This document shows positions 36,901 to 46,401 of a DNA stretch of 64,000 bases, piece after piece. Under the pieces are notes generated by a model. That model was not told the DNA's origin. It was given only the letters and a program-made list of their open reading frames with translations, and ran no database searches. A program made the position numbers and the translations under genes. The DNA is from Actinomycetota bacterium (lineage in GTDB: Bacteria; Actinomycetota; Acidimicrobiia; Acidimicrobiales; JAMCPL01): assembly GCA_023379675.1 (NCBI GenBank), contig JAMCPL010000028.1:8033-72032 (forward strand), written 5' to 3'. Position 1 is the stretch's first letter. Each line of letters starts with the position of its first letter.

Positions 36901-39900
36901 ACAACGATCTGATAAGTAGTACCATATCATGTAGAGACAGTTTCTGCGAACTGATTGGAGAGAATTCTAATGGTGCTTATTATAATGTATTCTCATATAA
37001 TGGTTCGTCTTGGTCCACTACAACGAGCGGCCTTGCGAATCCCCATGATGTCTCGTGCATCTCTGCTCAACTCTGCGAAGTGCTGGGATATGGGAAGAAT
37101 TGGAATGCAGGTGAGGCAGAACTGTCGAAAGGTTCTGCATGGTTGCCTCAGAGCACACCCGTAACAGACTTGAACTGGCAATCGGATCCGATGAATGGAT
37201 ATACAGGGTTTGTATCCTGCTCCTCTGGGGGATTCTGCATGGCATTGGGATGGACATCAACGAATCAATATATTCTGTCACTCGATATTCCACTCGAACC
37301 ATCAGCTACCCCGCAGGTAAGCTCAATCTCCCCCTCTTCTGGTTCTGTGGCAGGAGGCACCAGCGTTACCATCAAGGGAACCAACTTCTCCACCGTCGCT
37401 GACGGTACAACAGTCGATTTTGGCCCAGGTAACCCCGCGCCAAAGGTGCTCTGTGCATCGACCACTACCTGCACTGTCACCGTGCCCCCTGCACTTCCGA
37501 GCGAAACTTCGGGAGCCACGGTCAATGTCACAGTCACAACAGGGAAGGGAACCTCGAACAGCAAACCCTATCTATATGACATACCGGTTACGGTATCACT
37601 CAATGCAGTTCCCTGGAGTTCCTCCAATACCGTATCCTTCACCGCCATGGTACAGACCTCTCAGGTCACCGTCATGACGGAGATTGGCAACAAGTGTCCC
37701 AACCCGCCAATCCAGCCTCCATCTCCCAACACGCCCATCAACATCCCTGCCTACCCGCTTTGCGAAACCACCAAGACTGCCCAGCCGGTCACTTCCGGCA
37801 CGGTCACTATCTCGGCATCCCCGGGTGGCTCGTTCTGTACCATCGCCCTTCCCTCGGGGCCAGAGGGCAATGAGATCACCTGCGCGCAGACCTTCAGCTC
37901 TGATGCCGGTGGCGTAATCGTGACGGCAAGCTATACCCCGCCATCATCTGGGTCGCCTATTTTTGGCAGTTCCACTTCGACCGCGTTATTCTTGCAATTC
38001 GGCGCGTGTGCGCCTGACTGCTCATTTTCAGGAACAGCCGCCGTCCCGACGGCAATAATTAATATCGGCGCATCATCAGACCCTTACGTACCCGGCTATA
38101 CGGACTTCTCCGCCACAGTGGTGAACGGCGAATGCTCCGGTGGAAACTCCGTGTCTGCGCCTGTGACAAAAGGAGGCAGTTGCTACCAGCCCGAAATCAC
38201 CGTAGGTACCTTCAGCTTTCTTGCCAACAATGGTAGTGGTACATACACCCCGATACCGGAATGCACTGACCTCCCCGTCACCGGCGTGCCTGTCACATGC
38301 GGCTCGCCGCTTGCCCCTGGAAGCTACCAAGTGGTGGGCAAGTATCTGGGATACTCGTCCGGCTCCACCATTTACGCACCTTCCGAATCCAAACCACCCA
38401 TCTCTGTAGTCGTAGGAGGCCAGGAAGCAGATGTACCCACCCAGGTGGATGCATTCGGCATAGGCCAGGCAAATACAACGACCGGAGTCACTTTCGACGC
38501 CATAGTGGCCGAAGTGCCGTCCGCAGGCGGCCAGATTGTCACAGTTGGCACAGTGAAGTTTGTCGCCGGTAACCAGGTGCTTTGCGGACCGGTTGCATAC
38601 TCATCCTCTGCTGGCGACTTCAATTGCACCTCCAATCCACCCGCGGGCAGTTTCCAGGTGGTGGCCGAGTACTCCGGCGCCACCACCGGTACGGCCACTT
38701 ACTACCCATCCCAATCGAGTGCGGAAAGTCTTACCATAGCAGGCCTTGCAAGTACTGTTGCAACCGAAGTTGCAAACTTCGGGATGGGTCAGGCATCCTC
38801 TGGTAATGGCACGACATTCTCTGCCGATGTGATTCCCCAGAATTCTATCAACACAGGAGGCCAGGCAATACCAGGCGGGACGGTTACCTTCGAGATTCCA
38901 TCCGCCGGCCAGGTGCTCTGCGGTCCTGTAGACCTCTCCGGTGGCCAGGCCAGTTGTACATCGAACCCTGATCCGGGTCTCTACACGGTAGTAGCTTCCT
39001 ATTCGGGATTCCAGTCCAATGGGGTGACCTACCAGCCCTCTGAGTCGACTGGGTTGGTCCTCCAGGTCAATTCCCAAACATCTGGCTTCAACGCTGCTGA
39101 GGCTCAACCATCAGCCCAGTCGCAAGTGTCGGGGCAGTTACGGCCGGCAGGTAGGCCGGATCTACTGTACCAGTACCGTATGCAGGCAGCCGGCGCAAGG
39201 CCGGCAGGAACTGGTGACCTTGCAGCAAGACCAATGGCCGTAAGCGGCTCCGCCGGCGGAATACTCGTTGCCCCCCCGGCGCCTTCGGGGACCACAAGCG
39301 CGGCAAGCGCTATATCGCCCTACTCCTCTGGTACCGCCACCGCAACCAATGACGGCACCGTCGTAAGCGGGAACGGAGCGGGCGCGCTGACGGTGGCCCA
39401 GTTCCCTGACTCGTTCACGGGAAGTCAAGGACCAGCCGGTAGCTCTACACTTTCTGGAGCGACAGCTTACTTATGGATAGGCGATGCAACAGGGAGCAAC
39501 TTCACAAGCATCACCATATCGGACTGCAATTTGAACGGGGGGTCGTCTCTCGACTGGTGGAACGGAACGGCCTGGGAATCCGTCTCCACCGCCAATTATG
39601 CTTCCGGACAGGAACCCTGCGTAAATGCCACCCTGCTTCCTTCTGGTACGTCTCCCACAATAGGCCGGCTCACTGGTACGGTATTCGCGGTCACGCTTTC
39701 TCCGAACGCACCATACATCGATTCGATGACCCCATCGTCGTCGCCACTTACAGGTGGAGGGCAGATGGTCATTACCGGCACACATTTCACCCCTGATTCA
39801 TATGTGTCATTCGGATCCACCGTGCTGGCATCCAGCACTGTCACGGTGAACTCCACGGCTTCCATCACGGTCACCGTGCCGCCATCTTTGAGCCCAGGGA

Positions 39901-41273
39901 TACTGCCGGTAACGGTAACCACATCCGCTGGAACCAGTAATGCAATGGACCTGGTATACGTCAGTACAGGAATGTCCTACATCCCTCTGGCCCCTTACCG
40001 TGCAGCTGACACCAGGTGCCAGCCGGGCATTACGCTCAATTACTGTTCGCTCGAGAACCTGCCCACTGCCAACCAGGACCTGAACTCACCCACAGCAGGC
40101 ATGCCCATGACAATCCAGATCTCTGGGACCGGCTCGCCTGGAGACAGCGTCACCCCGACTGCGCAGGCAGTGGTGGCCACTGTCACTGTGGTCGCATCTC
40201 CACAGGCTCGCAGCGGATACCTGTCGGTCTATCCTGCAGGTACCGGCACACCAATGGCATCATCCCTCAATTACTCGCCAGGCGAGATAGTTCCCAATCT
40301 GGTAACGGTGGCCCTCGGGCAGGACGGAGCCATATCCATTGTCTCATCCTCCTCCGCCGTAAATGTCATAGTGGATGTAGAAGGCTACTACAGCGGGCCT
40401 GGTGGCCAGCAGTTCTCCGGAGCCGGTCCAGCTTCCAGCATGTTCGAACCTCTGAATTTACCGGCAAGGCTGGTCGACACCAGGTGTAGCGCCCATCCAC
40501 AACCCTCCTTCTGCACAGGGGAAAACCTTCCCGTACAGAACGCACAATTGCTGGCACTTGGACCAGGTGCATCGTTGGCTGCAAGCGTTACAGGCATAGA
40601 CAGCATTCCCTTGACGGCCACAGCAGTATCTCTCGTCGTAACTGCTGCATCACCAGAAGCCCAGGGGTATCTTACGGTGTGGCCGGATGGGCAGGGTAGG
40701 GCCGTCACCTCCAACGTGAACTTCACCGCGAACTCCCCCTCTTCCACCGACATAACCGTACCGGTGGGTGCTGGTGGCCAGGTGGAAGTATACAATGGCT
40801 CCGGCAAAGCGGTGGATGTGGTGGTGGATGTCACCGGGTACTTCTCCTCCAGCGGCAAAGGGTTCACCCCCAGCTCCCCGGTAAGGATATGCGATACCAG
40901 AGGAACGACATCCGTCGGTGGAACGGGCGATGTGGCAAGTGGAATTACCGGAAAGTGCGCAAACTCCGATACACCGGTAAGTCCCTCGTCACCCCTGACC
41001 ATACAGGTTGCAGGCTCAGGTGGGATACCGGCAAGCGCAAAGGTGGTGGTGGCGAATGTGACCGCCATAAGTACACCGGGTGCTGGAGGCGGCTACCTCA
41101 CTGCGTGGCCGGGGGGCGCCGGCGCTAGGCCGGCTACCTCGAACCTCAACTGGAATGCCGGGCAGGTCATCCCAGGTATGGTGGTCTGCGCTCTGAACCA
41201 GTCAGGACAGATGGAGATATACACCTCCGCCGTAGCCAATGTAGTCGTGGACATTGCGGGATGGTACTCGTGA
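33972..41273 (+). CDS. Giant secreted multi-domain surface protein (~2430 aa): Cys-pair repeats, IPT/TIG-like and Ig-like modules, three C-terminal DTR-type repeats
   Basis: ATG 33972 gives a signal-like [40 protein letters not shown]. Domain layout:
- ~34150-35990: 14 repeats of ...L.G(I/V)SC.S...CEAVG...
- ~36290-37290: 7 repeats of ...SC(V)SATFCMAVG...
- ~36010, ~37310, ~39710: three IPT/TIG-like modules (I.S(I/M)SP.SG...GGT.VTI.G..F)
- ~37570-39060: four Ig-like repeats
- from ~39978, ~40443, ~40863: three ~140-aa repeats (P.R..DTR...GYL(T/S)V(W/Y)P.G...). Confidence 0.85.
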
Positions 41274-41489
41274 ACCAATCAATGTAATACGCAGCACGAT
41301 ATAATACGCCTGCATAGCCATTGCCGCTCGGAGTGGACATCGCGTAGCACGGGTCCGAGTGTCCGGCAACCATCCGAAACGCTGCTTTCCTGAAGCAGTG
41401 CTGTGCCAGCAGCAAAAGGCGGCGCTCCGCAGCAAAAGTGATAACATATTGCATACAGCTGGTTGCAACTGGCAGATTCGACTGCACTT

Positions 41490-41560
41490 GCGGGCGTAGT
41501 TCAATGGTAGAACATCAGCTTCCCAAGCTGATAGCGCGGGTTCGATTCCCGTCGCCCGCT
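41490..41560 (+). tRNA. tRNA-Gly (anticodon CCC)
   Basis: Cloverleaf read by hand:
- acceptor GCGGGCG/CGCCCGC
- D arm GTTC-AATGGTA-GAAC
- anticodon arm TCAGC-TTCCCAA-GCTGA
- variable TAGC
- T arm GCGGG-TTCGATT-CCCGT
- discriminator T

No CCA is encoded. Confidence 0.9.
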
Positions 41561-41887
41561 CTCGGATAAGTCCCAGTGTAGAGCTGGCATAACTGAGTTA
41601 CGATCACGACCTTTGATCATACGCGGCCACCCGTAGACCACATTTGGACCACACACCGTTATGGGCAACCATTGACGTTGAGTCCGCTCAACAGGAATGC
41701 CTGCCGTTTTAGCTCGGTTAATCATGTCTTGTGTGCCCCATAATCCCTGCTCCACACACTATGACTCGCACTGGTGCTCCCTTCAAGCGCTCTGATGGCT
41801 AGGGCTCCTTGTTCTCGTGCTTGCATATGCACCGCTGATGGATTGGCAACATCTCTCCCTTACCAAAGGGACCGTCCGGCATCTCCG

Positions 41888-42974
41888 TTAAAAGCTTCGT
41901 CGAGGCGCTAATTGGCCAAGTCGAGCAGCTTCAGCCCTTGCTCTGGTAATCCTCCCGTGTACTAGTTCAAGAAGTGCTTGCGGCACGTTGGGTACATCTT
42001 CAGCAGCCTGAGTCAGAGCATCAGGGAGTCTCTCTAGGAGTTGCTCCAATACCGACTGGGCGGCCCTGTGCTTCATCCCCCAACGCTCCGACTCAGACAG
42101 GAGGTCCTCGACAGTGACTTCGTTGATGTCGCACTTTGCATTAACGAAGAGGCCAAGCATGGAACTCATTGGACGTGCAAACGCAGTCGAGTAGTATACG
42201 GTGCTCATGATGTCATAGACTGGAGCCAAACCTACTGTTCCATCTTCTTGGTGGAGGAATGAGACGTTCTTGCCATGCGCATCGGCGTTGCCGACAATCA
42301 CATGAATGGCAGTCTGGCGCAACAACTCATCCTTGGAATGGGCGTCTCCCCACTGCTCTAGGAGCCTGGCAATCCCGATCTTGCTGCCAGGTTCGTACAG
42401 AACACCTCGTTCACCACCGAGTTCGGTAGATCGCGATGTGCCGGTTTGAGAATATGAGTGGAGACGACACCATCAGCAGGTAACACCCAACGTCCATCTT
42501 CAAGCCTGGTTAACAACAGCTTCGCCTGGAGTCCTGCGAGCGAGACCCGTATGCGTCCATCCACTCCAAGCGGATGCACTGGCAACGCCCGCAATCGTCG
42601 CTCTACTTCAGCATCATTGACAGCATTTTTTGTTGAAGCTGCAGCCACTAGTGGTGGTCCGTCCCCTTTTGGCTGCACCACGAGCGCGCCCGCGCAATCT
42701 TTTCCCAGTGCAGCAAGGAGGCCCATATCATCAGACTCATCAAGACCGAAAACATAGGCCAGCATTCTTCTGGCCTCTCCTTCGGGCAAGAGGCCACGGA
42801 AAAACGCCCGCACTTTGGGATCTGGGTATCGTCTAGCACTCACCGGCATTGCCATCGATACGAGAGGAGCACCAGCAGGACGGGCGTCACCGGTGTAGGC
42901 CATTGTCAGTTGCCTGCGATTCTCACTGAGCAAGGCAACGTGGGTCCCGTTCAGCCATACCTCAAGCTCCATCC
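41888..42974 (-). pseudogene. hipA: hipA-like kinase toxin gene with internal deletion and frameshift
   Basis: 42358-42974 encodes the HipA N-terminal domains (...FFRGLLPEGEARRML...GKDCAGALVV...THILKP...NEVFCTNLAARSGLP). 41888-42325 encodes the C-terminal part (...IHVIVGNADAHGKNVSF...). The central ~60-90 aa expected between them are missing, and the frames differ. Confidence 0.75.
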
Positions 42975-42985
42975 ATGCGATCTCC

Positions 42986-43192
42986 TTACCGTGGTCGAAC
43001 GACAATTTCCAAGTCAAGTGCACGGCTGGCCAGGATGAGATAACGGAAGGCATCGGTGGCGGAACCACGCTCAAGCTTGGAAAGGTAGCTTCGATGCAAT
43101 CCCGAAGTCTTCGCCAGCTCGGCCTGGGTCACTCCACGACGACGGCGAAATTCACCCAGCGCCATTCCAAAGGACTGGGGACCTCGAATCAC
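42986..43192 (-). CDS. hipB: HipB-like XRE-family HTH antitoxin
   Basis: 68 aa. ...LGEFRRRRGVTQAELAKTSGLHRSYLSKLERG... is an XRE HTH. The gene lies immediately upstream of hipA. Confidence 0.75.
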   Translation of the reverse strand: MIRGPQSFGMALGEFRRRRGVTQAELAKTSGLHRSYLSKLERGSATDAFRYLILASRALDLEIVVRPR

Positions 43193-43595
43193 GTACTCAC
43201 TGTCCGTATTTTCAGACGTATAAACAGTCTAGCCCACTTGTCTACATTTGCGGGCATCGAGTAGCGCATAGCTGGTGGATGGTGATATGAACCCTGCCCT
43301 TACAGTCGTTGATGATCTCCCATCCGGTCACTTTCCCGCGCGTAAGCATTCCTGGTGCATATATATCGCACATGTGGGCAAAGCACACGCAGCGACAGGA
43401 CTGGCAATCGGAGCCACCGAGGTGTGACTTACAATCCCTTAGCGGCGAGTACCGCAGGTGTTTCAATGAGGAAGCGCGGTTTATAAGAGGTGGCTCGTCG
43501 GTGGCGCGACAGACTCTGATCTTCTAGTCGTGCCTGAATCCGCATGCAGATCATTGCGGATGCTGAATTATTCCCGGATGATGCCAACGGTCGCG

Positions 43596-43886
43596 TCACG
43601 ATCGACTAGCTGCATAGCTTCGCCTGCTCATCTCGCGGCCGAGATGTTGACGTATGTGCTCGGCCAGAATCTCTAAGGCAGGGTTTCGATGCGTAGCCGA
43701 TGCCACCTCGCGTACCCACAGAGGCAATCGCTCTAGCGTAGTGCAACCGGGGCGGGTAAGGGTGCCCAACTGGTCGAGGAACTCACGGAACCCGCACACC
43801 TGGTCGCCATTGGCGTTGCGCTTTCTGGCGGCCTTGGTCAACGCCTCGCGTGATACGATGGCCGGTGCCACTGGGTTGTAGCGCAC
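43596..43886 (-). CDS. Hypothetical protein
   Basis: 96-aa ORF inside the tRNA islet. No motif recognised. Confidence 0.3.
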   Translation of the reverse strand: MRYNPVAPAIVSREALTKAARKRNANGDQVCGFREFLDQLGTLTRPGCTTLERLPLWVREVASATHRNPALEILAEHIRQHLGREMSRRSYAASRS

Positions 43887-43914
43887 CGTGGCCGGCTGTC
43901 AGATCAGGGGGTAT

Positions 43915-44079
43915 TCAGAGGTAAGCTCGGACTAAGGCGCTAAGAAATGCCATGACCAACGTCCTGACAACGTAGTCGAACCAGTTGCGTACTGGAACCA
44001 GGGCGTGGGACAAGCCTGTTACAACAGCTCCGACCACGATATGACCCACGACTTCAACAGCCTGGTCGTTCTTCGGCAT
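43915..44079 (-). CDS. Possible small hydrophobic protein (54 aa), below the ORF-track cutoff
   Basis: GAGGGGGTGAAGATT precedes ATG 44079. The product is MPKNDQAVEVVGHIVVGAVVTGLSHALVPVRNWFDYVVRTLVMAFLSALVRAYL. It is divergent from the XRE-ImmA gene. Confidence 0.3.
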   Translation of the reverse strand: MPKNDQAVEVVGHIVVGAVVTGLSHALVPVRNWFDYVVRTLVMAFLSALVRAYL

Positions 44080-44188
44080 AATCTTCACCCCCTCTCTTCA
44101 TTGCTCAGGTGGTGGTCGTCCAAGTGTTATGTTACATTAAACTAATAATACAGATAATAGTGTAACACATATCAAGATAGGAGGTGAC

Positions 44189-45391
44189 ATGTTGGGTCCG
44201 ATCGGTGAGGTACTGCATGAGATGAGAGAGCAAACTGGGCTGTCTCAACAGGCGGCTGCGGAGGCAGCCGGGATCAATCGGGTGCTCCTCAACTACTACG
44301 AGACGGGACGTCGGCAGATCCCGCTTACGATCGCAGTAGCGTTGGCACGTCTGTATGGGACATCGATCGAGTCCCTGTTGGCGCTGGAACGGCCAGCCGG
44401 TCAGCAGGTTGATGTAAGCGGAATGCTTTTCCGGGCCGCGCCGCGAAAGCTTGGGGATGGAGCGAGGGGTGGACTTCGGCTGTTTGAGCAGCGGGTTTCC
44501 GAGTACGTTGAGCTGGCCGAAGAGATTGGCATACCGCTGTCTGGTCCTGGTCGTAGCCCCTTTCCTGCGGCACGCACCATAAGTGCGAAACAAGGTGGCC
44601 GGGCGGCTCGCCAGTTCCGTCGCTGGCTGGACTTTGGTGGAGGACCGCTCGGGGACCCGTTCCAGGTGCTTGACGAGCGAGTGCTCATCTGGCGGCTTTC
44701 GCTCGGTGCTGACCTTCAGGCGGCACCCTCGGGGTTTTTCTACAACCACCCTAAAGCCGGGTTCTGCATCGTCGTCAACTCCGATATGACCCTTGGCCGG
44801 CAGGTCTTCACCCTCGCCCATGAGCTCGCCCATGCCTATTTCCACTCCCAGCAGTTAAATGTCGTGGTCTCGATGGCAGGCAAGGACCATGGTCGCGAGC
44901 AGTTCGCGGATGGGTTTGCTGCCGAGTTTCTCGTGCCAGGCGATGAACTGCAGAGAGTGGTCGGTGAGCTGGTGGAGTTCGAGGACCTGGCGAAGCCGGC
45001 TCTGGTCGTGCACCTCCAGCGACACTTTGGCGTGAGCTTCGCCACCCTACGGGTGCGGTTGTTGCAAGAGCGGCTTATTACGCAGGCTGACTATGATGCT
45101 CTGAGGGAGACGTCTCCGAGCAGGCTGGCCTTGGCGCTCGGCTACCGGGTACATCCGGCGGACCTGGGAAGCTATGAGCTAAATCCCCTGGCGTCGCAGC
45201 CGACCCGAGTACTACTGCTCGTGCGCGTCGCTCTTGAGCGCAGAGCGATCACGCCGGGGGACGCAGCCGAGATTCTCGGCACCAGCACGGAGGAGATCCG
45301 TCAACTCCTCGCCCATCCCAGCGCGGCCGATGATGACCGCCGAATCCAACGGGACATGGAAGAAGCAGCATTCGGAAATCGCGAACGGTAA
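44189..45391 (+). CDS. XRE-family HTH fused to ImmA/IrrE-type (DUF955) HExxH metallopeptidase
   Basis: AGGAGG SD. The N-terminus ...REQTGLSQQAAAEAAGINRVLLNYYETGRRQIP... is an HTH. The central ...FTLAHELAHAYFH... is the zinc-peptidase motif. Confidence 0.8.
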   Translation: MLGPIGEVLHEMREQTGLSQQAAAEAAGINRVLLNYYETGRRQIPLTIAVALARLYGTSIESLLALERPAGQQVDVSGMLFRAAPRKLGDGARGGLRLFEQRVSEYVELAEEIGIPLSGPGRSPFPAARTISAKQGGRAARQFRRWLDFGGGPLGDPFQVLDERVLIWRLSLGADLQAAPSGFFYNHPKAGFCIVVNSDMTLGRQVFTLAHELAHAYFHSQQLNVVVSMAGKDHGREQFADGFAAEFLVPGDELQRVVGELVEFEDLAKPALVVHLQRHFGVSFATLRVRLLQERLITQADYDALRETSPSRLALALGYRVHPADLGSYELNPLASQPTRVLLLVRVALERRAITPGDAAEILGTSTEEIRQLLAHPSAADDDRRIQRDMEEAAFGNRER

Positions 45392-45397
45392 GCGAGT

Positions 45398-46086
45398 GTG
45401 GTCATGCTGGTCGACGCGTCGGTCGCTCGCAGCTTTGCCGTTGTCGGCTGGACCGGACACTTGCTGCAGCTCTGCGGGGGTACCATCCTGGTGGCAGATG
45501 GCGTACACGGCATCACCTGTGAACCTCCAGACAATCTCTTACACACCTGTAATGTACCATCCTGGTGGCAGATGGCGTACACGGCATCACTCCAGAAGAT
45601 CCGAGTGAGCTTCGTCGGATCCACGGGGCGCTCCAGCGCCAAACAGACGACTCCGGGCTCGGTTCTGGCAGAGCGAGCCGGGCACTTTCATCCGTCTGTG
45701 GTCTCTATGAGCTATTCGCGCTCGATTCAAGCCAGCTAACGGTCCTGGCCCTCAGCGATGACGAGCTGAACCTGGCCCTACGACTCCAATCCCGGCGACC
45801 AGAAGATCGCCTCTGGCGCCATTCGCTTGGCATGAAAGCGCGACGGCTCGATGCTGGAGAGTCTGCATCAATCGCGATAGCGACAAACCGTTCGCTTGCC
45901 TTCGCCAGTGACGACGAGGATGCCCTCATGATCTGGTCCCACCTGTCGCAAACCCCCGGCTGGCGAACTCGAGATCTGCTCCGCAGGTTAGTCGCTGAGA
46001 ACATCGTTGCCGATCGGGAAGCCCGGGATGTGTACGGCATTCTTCAGAGCGACGATCTGCATAACCTTGGTGGTCCTGCCTGGTAG
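45398..46086 (+). pseudogene. PIN-like nuclease gene disrupted by a 74-nt insertion/duplication
   Basis: Two ORFs (45398-45739 and 45565-46086) share the duplicated GTACCATCCTGGTGGCAGATGGCGTACACGGCATCAC (45480-45516 and 45554-45590). Removing 74 nt restores one ~204-aa frame: MLVDASVARSF...ILVADGVHGITPEDPSEL...DAGESASIAIA...FASDDEDA (PIN-type acidic residues). Confidence 0.65.
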
Positions 46087-46177
46087 CTCCGACGGAGCAC
46101 ACTGGCGCAGTAGGTATCGTTGGCCCGGTGGTTAAGTACCCATATGTAGCTCTGGTTCTCGAGCCATCCCGTTGAAT

Positions 46178-46299
46178 GTGTAGGCAAAGCACCTGTCTGG
46201 TTCCTATCAATTCACTGGAGGGACACAAACTGGACGGGACCTAGGCAACAGTTATATTACAACATTGAGCGATCTGGTAAAGAGTTGCTGGAATATTCC
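46178..46299 (+). repeat. Copy B of the ~130-nt non-coding element (copy A at 2893-3029)
   Basis: See copy A. It contains TGGACG-16nt-TATATT and lies 54 nt upstream of the att-like tRNA fragment. Confidence 0.6.
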
Positions 46300-46352
46300 T
46301 CCAGGGACTATGCCGATACTACCGGTTCAGGCTCACCACTGTGATGGACATC

Positions 46353-46401
46353 CATCAGCTTCCCAAGCTGATAGCGCGGTTCGATTCCCGTCGCCCGCTC
46401 T
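46353..46401 (+). repeat. Duplicated 3' part of tRNA-Gly (attR-like direct repeat)
   Basis: CATCAGCTTCCCAAGCTGATAGCGCGGTTCGATTCCCGTCGCCCGCTCT equals tRNA positions 41513-41562 except for one deleted G. The upstream sequence cannot form acceptor or D arms. Confidence 0.85.

Noticed and set aside
34223-41278. Many 60-230 aa ORFs on both strands inside the giant gene
   Set aside because: They are all nested within one uninterrupted 2458-codon frame with coherent repeat and domain architecture.
41501-41755. 84-aa minus-strand ORF next to the tRNA, considered as an integrase remnant
   Set aside because: It overlaps the tRNA gene itself and shows no recombinase motifs (no R..H..R..Y pattern).
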